A stretch of 44,392 bases of DNA, counting the filler, from an uncultured Methanosarcinales archaeon (GTDB taxonomy: Archaea; Nanobdellota; Nanobdellia; Woesearchaeales; JACPBV01), in NCBI GenBank assembly GCA_964492935.1. It is 12 parts of 12 records of this genome, joined end to end, with 100 filler letters (N's around TTAATTAATTAA, not from the genome) between each part and the next. Parts side by side here need not be neighbours in the genome. Positions count along the whole stretch, not along the records: positions 12,925 to 19,277 come from CAZBLF010000044.1; positions 19,378 to 25,017 come from CAZBLF010000046.1; positions 25,118 to 29,717 come from CAZBLF010000047.1; 9 more parts are not named here. One strand, written 5' to 3'. Shown here in pieces: positions 17,392-26,621 of the stretch; within the stretch, counting starts at the first letter, position 1, and each line of letters opens with the position of its first letter. Below the pieces are notes generated by a model. It saw only the letters and a list, made by a program, of their open reading frames with translations, ran no database searches and had not been told where the DNA came from. The position numbers were made by a program, and so were the translations under genes.

Positions 17392-17975
17392 CAGAGCTTA
17401 CCTACTAAATCCATGCCCGGAGTAAGTGTTTTCTCACCAGGCTTCCAGTTCATGGGGCAGACCTGTCCTTTATTATCGCGCACAAATTGAGCTGCCTGCA
17501 ATTTGCGAATAAGTTCCTCAGTATTTCTACCAATAGCATTATCATGCAACTCATACGCCTTCAACACCCCTTCAGGATCAATAATAAACGTGCCCCGCAA
17601 CGATAACCCCTCGCCCGCAATGTAAGTACCATATTTTTTACAGATACTTCCGGTAGGATCAGCAATCATGGGATATTGAATCTTTGCAATGGTCTCAGAA
17701 TTATCCTTCCACGCCTTATGCACGAATACCGTATCAGTAGAGATGCTCATCAATTCAACACCCATCTCCGTAAATTGAGAATACGAATCTGCAAGCGAAC
17801 CTAGCTCTGTAGGACAGACAAACGTAAAGTCGGCAGGATAAAACACCAACACCACCCATTTACCCTTGTACTGATCCAAAGAAATATCCTTGACCTCGCT
17901 CCCTACAAGCGCCTCAGCCTTAAATCCGGGAGCAGGATCATTAATACCTAAAACTTCCTCACTCACCACTATCAC
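17391..17975 (-). CDS. ahpC: Peroxiredoxin (AhpC); true start may be a few codons downstream
   Basis: FYPADFTFVCPTE, VHKAW, VCPMNW. Confidence 0.95.
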   Translation of the reverse strand: MIVVSEEVLGINDPAPGFKAEALVGSEVKDISLDQYKGKWVVLVFYPADFTFVCPTELGSLADSYSQFTEMGVELMSISTDTVFVHKAWKDNSETIAKIQYPMIADPTGSICKKYGTYIAGEGLSLRGTFIIDPEGVLKAYELHDNAIGRNTEELIRKLQAAQFVRDNKGQVCPMNWKPGEKTLTPGMDLVGKL

Positions 17976-18726
17976 TCTTCATCAATTTCCGATGTTCGCG
18001 ATATTCCTTCAAATGTCCATCATACTTTCCATCCTTGTTCAGAATCTGTACAGCCGCAATCGCAGCATTAACACCATTATTCAATCCCACCCATACATTA
18101 TGTTGCGCATGTTTAAGCACATTCAAAGCCGCCTCCGCCGTATCATCGTCATCCAACAACAACGGAACCTGAATCACCAAATCATCTTTCTCAGGCAACG
18201 TCTCATCTAGCGATACAAATTCAATATTAACAGCATTCTTCTCAATCTTGTGCGTACTTCTAAACGGAATATCAAACTCACGTAACGTCCGCTCACACTT
18301 TTCCTGAGCGCGCGAATGCTGCTCACCAATAATATTGACGTCATGATACGAGCGCATCAATTTTAGTGCCGCAAAAACAGCAGCCTCACCTCGATTAACA
18401 CCAACCCCCAACACCGGAATCCCAGGAGGCATCTGCATGACCGATAAGAACGCATCCAATCCCTGATAGCTACCCTCACACGGTACACCAACAACAGGCT
18501 TCGTAATCGCAGCCGCAATCGCACCAGGCAGTGCAGCCGACAATCCCGCACCCGAAATAACAAAATCATAATCACCCTCTAACAACGGATGCAATTTATG
18601 AGGAGTCCGATGCACACTACACAAATGAAAGTCATATTGAATCTTATGCTCCTCTAAACCTTTCAGGATAGGAGCAAAAGACTTCTCATCCCCCTTCGAC
18701 GCAAAAATAACCAATGCTTTCCCCAT
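17959..18726 (-). CDS. purE: PurE-family AIR carboxylase/mutase with a degenerate second PurE-like domain
   Basis: SVHRTP, AGLSAALPG, PVVGVP, GLDAFLSVMQMPPGIPV; C-terminal VGLNNGVNAAIAAVQIL. Confidence 0.85.
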   Translation of the reverse strand: MGKALVIFASKGDEKSFAPILKGLEEHKIQYDFHLCSVHRTPHKLHPLLEGDYDFVISGAGLSAALPGAIAAAITKPVVGVPCEGSYQGLDAFLSVMQMPPGIPVLGVGVNRGEAAVFAALKLMRSYHDVNIIGEQHSRAQEKCERTLREFDIPFRSTHKIEKNAVNIEFVSLDETLPEKDDLVIQVPLLLDDDDTAEAALNVLKHAQHNVWVGLNNGVNAAIAAVQILNKDGKYDGHLKEYREHRKLMKSDSGE

Positions 18727-18764
18727 AAAAAAACGTCAAGAAATCACGTATAAATAGTTTTCGA

Positions 18765-19202
18765 TTAGTTCGGAGAATAAGTCCCCAAGTAAGGTGCCTT
18801 TTGAGAAGCTAACTGAACCGACAATTGACGCAGCACAAACTCAGTCCGATCTATAGAGTCCGCGTATTTATCAAAAAAGGCGCGTTGATTGGCATACCCT
18901 TCAGTTGATTCAATGAGATCTCGCATATAGCTGATTTCGTCAAAACTATTAAGGAGAGATCGAGTCTCCGCAACTGCCTCTCCTGCAGATCGACCTTCAA
19001 AAAGACAAACCATTAGCGAGTCCAGATTCTCAACACCTTGAAAATCAAAGGGAACGCCATAGGGATGATCCACAATCGGTACCTGAAACGGAAGCACATA
19101 GGGACCATTATCCGTAATCACATTAGGATGAAATCTCGTGTCCTCAATCTCAGAGGTCATCCTAGCTACTATCCCTGTCCCTTTAGTGGAGTTTCGAATC
19201 AT
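18765..19202 (-). CDS. Hypothetical protein
   Basis: 145-aa ORF; TTTAAA box about 22-27 nt upstream. Confidence 0.55.
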   Translation of the reverse strand: MIRNSTKGTGIVARMTSEIEDTRFHPNVITDNGPYVLPFQVPIVDHPYGVPFDFQGVENLDSLMVCLFEGRSAGEAVAETRSLLNSFDEISYMRDLIESTEGYANQRAFFDKYADSIDRTEFVLRQLSVQLASQKAPYLGTYSPN

Positions 19203-19222
19203 AACTACAAGACCACAACTCC

Positions 19223-19277
19223 ATTTAAAGGAGAATTCCGTACTCTGCTTTAGCAGAGTGATAAACGCTAAATAACT
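19223..19277 (+). mobile_element. Repeated element end (IS200/IS605-like), copy 1
   Basis: 55 nt identical to 24963-25017; begins ATTTAA; hairpin ACTCTGCT-TT-AGCAGAGT; both copies terminate contigs. Confidence 0.65.
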
Positions 19278-19377
19278 NNNNNNNNNNNNNNNNNNNNNNN
19301 NNNNNNNNNNNNNNNNNNNNNTTAATTAATTAANNNNNNNNNNNNNNNNNNNNNNNNNNNNNNNNNNNNNNNNNNNN

Positions 19378-20980
19378 CGTCATGGGCTCGGTCCACAACA
19401 TGCAGGCTGATGTGCTGCCGGAGATCATTGTCGAGGTTGTTGACATGGGCGGCGACCGGTTTAAGGTGGTGATTGAGGACAATGGTCCAGGAATTGTGAA
19501 GAAGCAAATTCCTTCTATTTTTGCAAAATTATTGTATGGTTCTAAATTTTTTAAGTTGTCTCAGACGCGTGGACAGCAAGGTATTGGTATCTCGGCTTCT
19601 GTGTTGTATGCACAATTGACTACGGGAAAGCCTGCAAAGATTACGTCGCGGATTAGTTCTGATGATCCAGCTCATTATTATGAATTGCATATTGATACGA
19701 ATACGAATAAACCTGATATTGTGAAGGATGATGTCATTAAGTGGAAGAAGGAACATGGTACTCGGATTGAATTGGAATTAGAGGGAAGTTATCAGCAGGG
19801 TAGTCAATCAGTAGATCAGTATTTGAAGCAGACGGCTATCGTGAATCCACACGTTACTATTATTTACACCAATCCTCGAGCTGAGCAGTTTATTTTTGCT
19901 CGCGCAACTGATGTGTTGCCGGCAAAGGCTAAGGAGATTAAGCCGCACCCGTATGGGGTTGAATTAGGGGTGTTGATGCGGATGATCAAGAATACGGAAG
20001 CACGGACTATTCAATCATTTTTGTGTACTGAGTTTTCTCGTGTCGGTCCGAGCACGGCTAAAGAAATTTGTAGTCATGCTTCTCTTTTACCAGGTACGCG
20101 ACCTGCGAATGTTAACCGAGATATGGCAGACAAACTGATGAAAGGCATTTCTGCTACCAAAATTATTGCTCCGCCTACCGATTGTATTAGTGCAATCGGT
20201 GAAGAATTGCTTGAAAAGGGGATTCGCAAGGAGATTAATGCTGAATTTTACTGTTCTGTTTCTCGACGTCCTGATGTGTATCGAGGCAATCCTTTTGTTA
20301 TTGAAGCGGGTTTGGCGTATGGTGGAGAATTATCTGGAGATGATTCGATTAAGGTGTTACGATATGCGAATCGAGTACCTCTTTTGTTTCAGCAAGGAGC
20401 TTGTTCAGTTAGTAAATCTATTATCGCTACCGGATGGAAGAAATATGGATTAACTCAGAGCCGTGGTGCATTGCCGGTCGGTCCGATGTCTTTGGTCGTA
20501 CACATTGGAAGTGTTTGGGTTCCGTTTACTTCGGAAAGTAAGGAGGCTGTTGCGCATTATCCTGAGATTATCAAGGAAATTAAATTAGCATTGCAGGACA
20601 TTGGTCGGAAGTTGGCTACCTATGTTCGTAAGAAGCACAGTATTCAGATGGAAGGTAAAAAGAGAAGTTACCTTGAGAAATATATCCCTCACGTTGCTGC
20701 GGCTTTGAAGGAATTGCTTGCGTATAAGGATTCTGATGAAGAAAACGTGCGTGTGATGTTGGAGAATATTCTAGAGCATAAGCGCGGAGAATTAGAGGAG
20801 ATTAAAGTAGATAATCCAGAATATGATGCTGATTTAGCTGCTATTGGAAAAGATGAGAAGAAGGTTGATGATTCTGAAGGTTCGAAGGAAGAGGATGCTA
20901 CTGAGACGAAAGAGGATGCTGTAGAAGCTAAAGAAGATGCGAAGGACGATAAGCAGACTACACTTGGTGATAAGAAATGA
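19378..20980 (+). CDS. top6B: DNA topoisomerase VI subunit B (5' partial)
   Basis: EDNGPGI, KLLYGSKF, RGQQGIGIS, KPHPYGVE, RYANRVPLL, VPFTSESKEA. Confidence 0.97.
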
Positions 20981-22065
20981 AAAAAAGCCCCGTGATTGCA
21001 GATATTAAAGACATTGCTGATGGTATTTACAAGAAGATCCTGAAGAAGAAGCAGCCTGAATTAGAGACGCCTTTGCGATCGTTGTCTAATGTTAAATATG
21101 ATCCTAAATCAGGTCACTTTCAGATTCTGAAGAAGATGAAGAATAGGACGTTGACGGTGAATACGATTAAGACGTTTGCTCAGACGCTACGGATGATGGG
21201 ACTTTCTAAGGACCTTATTGAAGCTGAGGATATTGCTACGAAGAGAGAGGCGTATTATGTTTCTAAGAACTGGGGCGATGCGCGATTTTCGGAGCAACCT
21301 GATTCTGATGCGGTGATGGATGACGTTGAAGCTATGTTGATGGTTAATCGTGAAAAGATGGGCTTTATTCCGGAAGAGAAGGGTGGAGATATTGCTGGAA
21401 AGCTTATTGTTGTGGATAAGGACTCGGATACCGGTAAAACGTTGAAGATTGACTGTACTAAATTTGGTTCGGGCGCTTATTCGATTCCTTCTTCAGTTGA
21501 GGAGTTGAAATTTGAGACTTCGGCGAAATTTATTCTAGCTATTGAGACTGCAGGTATGTTTCAGAGACTTGCAAAACATAATTATTGGAAGAAGGCTAAC
21601 TGTATTTTGATTTCGATGGGGGGTGTGCCTTCACGAGCATGTAGAAGATTTATTAGACGATTAAGTGATGAGAAGAAGCTTCCCGTGTACGTGTTTACGG
21701 ACGGAGATCCCTATGGATTCTTTTCGATTTATAGGACTTTGAAAGTTGGAAGTGGGAATGCAGCACACATTAACAAATACTTTTGTGTACCTAATGCTAA
21801 ATTTATTGGTGTTACGCCACAGGATATTATTGAATATAAGTTGCCTACGCATCCTTTGAAGGACGTGGATTTGAAGAAGATTAAGGACGTTTTGAAGAAC
21901 GATCCGTTTTGTGCTCATTACAAGGAATGGCAGAAAGCTCTAAATCAGATGTTTAAGATGAAGGTTCGTGTCGAGCAGCAGGCGTTCGCAGCACAGGGTC
22001 TTAATTTCGTTCTTGAGAAATACCTGCCTGAGAAGTTGAAGAATCCTAAGTCTTGGTTGCCTTAG
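20977..22065 (+). CDS. top6A: DNA topoisomerase VI subunit A
   Basis: TKREAYY catalytic region, IETAGMF, TDGDPYG TOPRIM, EQQAF. Confidence 0.97.
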   Translation: MKKSPVIADIKDIADGIYKKILKKKQPELETPLRSLSNVKYDPKSGHFQILKKMKNRTLTVNTIKTFAQTLRMMGLSKDLIEAEDIATKREAYYVSKNWGDARFSEQPDSDAVMDDVEAMLMVNREKMGFIPEEKGGDIAGKLIVVDKDSDTGKTLKIDCTKFGSGAYSIPSSVEELKFETSAKFILAIETAGMFQRLAKHNYWKKANCILISMGGVPSRACRRFIRRLSDEKKLPVYVFTDGDPYGFFSIYRTLKVGSGNAAHINKYFCVPNAKFIGVTPQDIIEYKLPTHPLKDVDLKKIKDVLKNDPFCAHYKEWQKALNQMFKMKVRVEQQAFAAQGLNFVLEKYLPEKLKNPKSWLP

Positions 22066-22140
22066 AGTCATGGAAGACATTTGATTTGTGAGTCTTCCAA
22101 ACTTTAGTCGTGAAGAAAGATATAATCCTATAGTTCATAA

Positions 22141-23481
22141 CTAAAGGTCCATGAGTTTCGAAAGATTTTTTCTTGCTTTTTTGATGTCGGGTTTGAGCAT
22201 TGATGCAGAATAGAGTGCTATTTCTTGTGCGTCCGAGTCTCGTAATTTATTGTCGTCGGTCATGAGGCCTTTTCTTTTTGCGTAGTCTAGGAGTTTGTCG
22301 GCGGTTGATTTCTTGCTGTCAATCATTTCTTCTATGGGTTTTATTAACGGATGAAATTTCTTGGGTGTTGCGTTTTTCGCAAACTTGTAGAATTTTTTGG
22401 CGTAACTGTGAAGTTCCTTGTTTCTGAATCCTTGATAGACGGATGCTTTTTGAAGTCGATTGCGGACGGTGGTGTGGGGCGGGATGAAGAGCATATTGTC
22501 TTCTATTTTGAAGGCGTTTGCTAGGCCGTGATCCGTCGGAAGGACTTGGATGAACTCTCTTTGGATTTTTCGCATTGCGTATTTGTAGAGAATCATGTTG
22601 GCGAAGTTGATGCTCGGGAGATTAGTGTCCATGCCTCGTTGTTCTAAGGTTCCTAGTTTGTTTATTTTTACTGGATTCCATGAGATGTCTAATGGATAGG
22701 GATAGATGTCGCTGGGTTTTGTCTTAGGGTCTGCTTTTTTTACTAATTGAAACCATTTGATGGTTCTTCTTTTTACTGAATGTAACAAATCTTGGAGCGT
22801 TTGTTTATAGGGAGGTAGACCGGCAAATTGCTGATGGTTGGAGTAGAGTCCTAGATTCGTGTGGAGCTTTCTGCCGCCTCGGTATAACATCACTCGCATA
22901 TCTTTGGCAAGGTGGTTGTTCTCGCTAAAAGGTGAAGACTGTGAAAATACTACTAGTGCTGGGTCTGCAGCTATTGCTAGATTGTAGGATCCTACCATGG
23001 ATCTGGCAATTTTGCTATTCTTGAGAATTTTGACGTATTTTGTAACGGGATCGAAGACTCCTTTCGGAAGAGTATAGTGGCAGTGGAAGCCGAATGAATT
23101 GAGTGCTTTCTCTGCTTTTTCTTTTCCCAGTATTTTTTCTTTAATTTGGTATTTGGGCTCTCGATTGTAGGAGCGTTCAAAGGTTCCGGGATAGCTTCCG
23201 AACGAGAAGAGTCTAAGGTCTAGTTTTTCTACAATCTCATTTACTATTTCGGTAGAATTGAGCATTTCGAAGGCTGGCCCATGGGTTTCGACGTGAGGGA
23301 AACATCCTAGCTCGAGCATGTTGTGGCCGATTTCCTTGTAGATGTTAATTTTGGGATGTTGTTTTTTTACCTTTTTGATGACTTTTGGGGCTTCATTAGA
23401 CATTTTACCGTCTTTGTCTAAAAGAGCTAGCTCTACTTCCATGCCTATTTTTGATCTCTTGAGAACTTTCTCTTCAGCCAT
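22141..23481 (-). CDS. Glutamate-cysteine ligase (GCS2)-like carboxylate-amine ligase
   Basis: IGMEVELALLD, E...MLE, GFHCH, SSPF, TLEQRGMD. Confidence 0.7.
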   Translation of the reverse strand: MAEEKVLKRSKIGMEVELALLDKDGKMSNEAPKVIKKVKKQHPKINIYKEIGHNMLELGCFPHVETHGPAFEMLNSTEIVNEIVEKLDLRLFSFGSYPGTFERSYNREPKYQIKEKILGKEKAEKALNSFGFHCHYTLPKGVFDPVTKYVKILKNSKIARSMVGSYNLAIAADPALVVFSQSSPFSENNHLAKDMRVMLYRGGRKLHTNLGLYSNHQQFAGLPPYKQTLQDLLHSVKRRTIKWFQLVKKADPKTKPSDIYPYPLDISWNPVKINKLGTLEQRGMDTNLPSINFANMILYKYAMRKIQREFIQVLPTDHGLANAFKIEDNMLFIPPHTTVRNRLQKASVYQGFRNKELHSYAKKFYKFAKNATPKKFHPLIKPIEEMIDSKKSTADKLLDYAKRKGLMTDDNKLRDSDAQEIALYSASMLKPDIKKARKNLSKLMDL

Positions 23482-23559
23482 AGTATCCCCTATGTTTTTT
23501 GGTGTATTATGATATATAAAGGTTGTTGGTTGGGAGAAAAAATGATTGATAAGATAATA

Positions 23560-23664
23560 AAATGGGCCTGAAGATAAAGGAAATGAAACATTCCCTAACC
23601 TTCAGTCCGAAATGGGCCTGAAGATAAAGGAAATGAAACATTCCCTAACCTTCAGTCCGAAATG
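23560..23664. repeat. 50-bp tandem repeat starting with the tRNA-Arg 3' end
   Basis: AAATGGGCCTGAAGATAAAGGAAATGAAACATTCCCTAACCTTCAGTCCG twice plus the start of a third, then a scaffold gap. Confidence 0.75.
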
Positions 23665-23764
23665 NNNNNNNNNNNNNNNNNNNNNNNNNNNNNNNNNNNN
23701 NNNNNNNNNNNNNNNNNNNNNNNNNNNNNNNNNNNNNNNNNNNNNNNNNNNNNNNNNNNNNNNN

Positions 23765-24060
23765 GGCCTGAAGGGATTCCCACCTAAGGGTTTCACCCTA
23801 TAGGTACCCGTGCACTAGATGTAGCATTTCGCTTTGCTCAACGCTACTAGGACAATTGAGAAGAGAAAAATGGGCCTGAAGGGATTCCCACCTAAGGGTT
23901 TCACCCTATAGGTACCCGTGCANNNNNNNNNNNNNNNNNNNNNNNNNNNNNNNNNNNNNNNNNNNNNNNNNNNNNNNNNNNNNNNNNNNNNNNNNNNNNN
24001 NNNNNNNNNNNNNNNNNNNNNNTTTGCTCAACGCTACTAGGACAATTGAGAAGAGAAAAA
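23765..24060. repeat. 108-bp tandem repeat containing 17 nt of the tRNA-Arg 3' end and hairpins (gap-interrupted)
   Basis: GGCCTGAAGGGATTC at 23765, 23873 and in the tRNA; unit tail repeated at 24023-24060. Confidence 0.7.
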
Positions 24061-24155
24061 TGGGCCTGAAGGGATTCGAACCCTCGGTCTACAGCTTAGA
24101 AGGCTCTGGCGGAACATAATGTTCTGTCGCCCTATCCAGGCTAGGCTACAGGCCC
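24061..24155 (-). tRNA. tRNA-Arg(TCT) with a 20-nt intron at a non-canonical position (24106-24125)
   Basis: GGGCCTG/CAGGCCC acceptor stem; TTCGAAT T-loop; ACAGC-CTTCTAA-GCTGT anticodon arm after removing AGAACATTATGTTCCGCCAG. Confidence 0.9.
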
Positions 24156-24236
24156 ATGATGTTGAAAGTCGTGAGTGTTTATATAAATCTTTTCTCAATG
24201 GAAACGGTTATAAAGAGAGTTGTGACTTTCTAGGTT

Positions 24237-24968
24237 ATGGCTAAGGAGCGAGTGTTGATGAACGGCGAGGGAAAGAAGTATCTTGTTAGAGATTCGACTA
24301 GTGATTATCATAGTGCGGATGGTTATTTTACTAAGAAGGATTTATCGGGTAAGGCGGGAAAGATTGTTTCTAACAAGGGCAAGGAGTATTCCTGTTTTGA
24401 GGCTTCCTTTCTGGATTTGTATCAGAAGATTAAACGGAATGCTCAGATTATCACGTTAAAGGATATTGGTATTATTATTACAGAAACAGGTATTGGAAAG
24501 GATTCTGTTGTTGTTGATGCAGGTGCTGGTAGCGGTGCGTTATCGTGTTTCTTAGCTCATATTTGTAAGAAGGTTACTGCCTACGAACTTAGGGATGATT
24601 TTATTGCGATTGTGAAGAAGAATAAGGAGACTCTCGGCTTGAAGAACTTTACGGTGAAGAAAGGTAGCGTGTATATGGATGTTACGGAGACGAATATTGA
24701 TGTGATGACTCTTGATGTTCCTGAGCCGTGGGAGGCTTTAGGAAGTGCTACAAGTGCCTTGAAGACGGGTGGTTTTTTAGTTTCTTACAGTCCTACGATT
24801 CCTCAGGTGATGGATTTTGTTACTGCTGTGCAAGCTGATGAAGCGTTTGTTCATCTGAAGACAGTAGAATTGGTGCAGCGAGAGTGGGAGATTATCGAGC
24901 GGAAGGTTCGACCTAAAACTACGCAGACGGTGCATACAGGTTTCTTAACGTTTGCAAGGAAGATTTAA
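24237..24968 (+). CDS. trmI: tRNA (adenine-N1)-methyltransferase
   Basis: RNAQIITLKD, DAGAGSGAL, LDVPEPW, YSPTIPQV, VRP...HTGFL. Confidence 0.93.
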   Translation: MAKERVLMNGEGKKYLVRDSTSDYHSADGYFTKKDLSGKAGKIVSNKGKEYSCFEASFLDLYQKIKRNAQIITLKDIGIIITETGIGKDSVVVDAGAGSGALSCFLAHICKKVTAYELRDDFIAIVKKNKETLGLKNFTVKKGSVYMDVTETNIDVMTLDVPEPWEALGSATSALKTGGFLVSYSPTIPQVMDFVTAVQADEAFVHLKTVELVQREWEIIERKVRPKTTQTVHTGFLTFARKI

Positions 24969-25017
24969 AGGAGAATTCCGTACTCTGCTTTAGCAGAGTG
25001 ATAAACGCTAAATAACT
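24963..25017 (+). mobile_element. Repeated element end (IS200/IS605-like), copy 2
   Basis: Identical to 19223-19277; the TTTAA includes the trmI stop codon. Confidence 0.65.
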
Positions 25018-25117
25018 NNNNNNNNNNNNNNNNNNNNNNNNNNNNNNNNNNNNNNNNNNNNTTAATTAATTAANNNNNNNNNNNNNNNNNNNNNNNNNNN
25101 NNNNNNNNNNNNNNNNN

Positions 25118-25418
25118 CTCTTGTATTCTACAACTTTGTGCGCCTTATTGTCTAGTTTTTCCAGGTAACAGTGGTACCGGGAGAAATAATAATATCACTC
25201 GGAACAAAATCAAAACCAATGATCTCTATCGTAACTTCCTGGGGAATCAACACCGCTGGACGTTCAACCTCTACTACTTCGTCCACGATCTCCTCTCTAA
25301 ATGCAGTATTATCAATAACAGGCTCAACAACAACCTCGGCCGGCACTAAAGCCCGCAATACCACAAGCAACAAACCAATAACAAAAACAGTTAAAATTGC
25401 CCTCTCCGTCTTCTTCAT
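25118..25418 (-). CDS. Membrane-anchored cupredoxin-like protein; 1-nt frameshift near 25155 and 3' partial
   Basis: FVPSDIIISPGTTVTWKN continues as LDNKAHKVVEYK in the shifted frame. Confidence 0.65.
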
Positions 25419-25484
25419 ATAGTCAAATGAGAAATCAACATATTTAAGTGTTGTGTTTTAAAAAAAAAGAAAAAAAGAAGTAAC

Positions 25485-25916
25485 TTATTCAGTTACTGTT
25501 ACTAACATGGTAGCTTTCAACAAAGCATCGAACACCTTATGTTCGCCAACTTCATCAAACGTATAATCTACACGTTCTCCAGCATTCATACGACCGCTGA
25601 ATCTCTCTCCGTTGTCCGACAACAGGTGAGGTCCATCAATCAATACAAACGTAATCGTAGCTCCTTTACTAACGGTTAACGTGTCCGGATCGAAAGTAGA
25701 TTTAGTCAAACTTACCTCTCCTTCTGCAACCGCAACGACTGCCTCTTCAGCATCAGCTGCTGGCGTAGTTGCTACAGCATCTTCAGATGAACTTACTACC
25801 GGAGCGTCATCAACCATCTCCTCTGCGTGATCATCATCATCCACGTGTTCCTCCACAGCACATCCTGCTACAAAGAGAGACATGATAACAATTAATCCTA
25901 ATATAATTTTCTTCAT
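25485..25916 (-). CDS. Lipoprotein with cupredoxin-like domain
   Basis: FVAGC lipobox; FDPDTLTVSKGATITF...YTFDEVGEH; lacks the copper-binding Cys. Confidence 0.75.
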   Translation of the reverse strand: MKKIILGLIVIMSLFVAGCAVEEHVDDDDHAEEMVDDAPVVSSSEDAVATTPAADAEEAVVAVAEGEVSLTKSTFDPDTLTVSKGATITFVLIDGPHLLSDNGERFSGRMNAGERVDYTFDEVGEHKVFDALLKATMLVTVTE

Positions 25917-26045
25917 ATACTTCGCCCCCAGTTTATGGTTAAATTCTCCTGACGAGGGAGGACTATAAAAACCTTGTGTTTTCCTGAGTACCCATGCCTT
26001 TTTATATCTCGATTACAATCAACATCAAAAGCGAGGTGCTTACCA

Positions 26046-26450
26046 ATGTGGAAATGGATTGAAAGTAAACACGATACCCTATACGTAATCTTCAGAGTCT
26101 TCATCGGCCTCTTATTCATGCAGCACGGCCTACAAAAGATCGCAGGAATGTTTGGCGGAATGGGCGGCGCAACCGCACCCGTCTTCACCCTAATGTGGTT
26201 CGCTGGTTATATCGAACTACTAGGCGGATTCGCAATTGCCGTTGGCTTCTTTACAAGACTAGCAGCAGGAATTGCAGCACTAGAGATCGCAATCGCCTAC
26301 GGCATGGCCCACGCATCTGCTGGACTAATACCGTTAGTAAATGGTGGCGAACTGGCACTCCTCTACTTCTTCAGCTTCCTAACCATCCTAGGACATGGAG
26401 CTGTTAAGTTCAGTCTAGAATGGAAGCTCCTAAAAAGGGAAGTCTTCTAG
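26046..26450 (+). CDS. DoxX family membrane protein
   Basis: FMQHGLQK, ELLGG..GFFTRLAA, NGGELALLY; GAGGTG SD before ATG 26046. Confidence 0.9.
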   Translation: MWKWIESKHDTLYVIFRVFIGLLFMQHGLQKIAGMFGGMGGATAPVFTLMWFAGYIELLGGFAIAVGFFTRLAAGIAALEIAIAYGMAHASAGLIPLVNGGELALLYFFSFLTILGHGAVKFSLEWKLLKREVF

Positions 26451-26504
26451 GGTAAATAACCCACCCCCTTCTTTTTTTCTAATTCTTACCTGTAATAGAA
26501 TCAA

Positions 26505-26528
26505 AGTAAATAATCATGTGATTGTTTA
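26505..26528. repeat. 24-bp palindromic site, left
   Basis: AGTAAATAATCATGTGATTGTTTA; its reverse complement matches 28637-28660 at 23/24. Confidence 0.75.
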
Positions 26529-26621
26529 TGGAATTATCATGCAATGGGACATCGGAGTATAATCGAATAATTTATATACTCATTCCTCCAAGGTTGTTGA
26601 ATGAACTTGTGAGGCGATATA

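Noticed and set aside
23560..24060. Possible CRISPR array
   Set aside because: The intervening sequences are identical rather than unique spacers, the repeat is a tRNA 3' end, and no cas genes are present.
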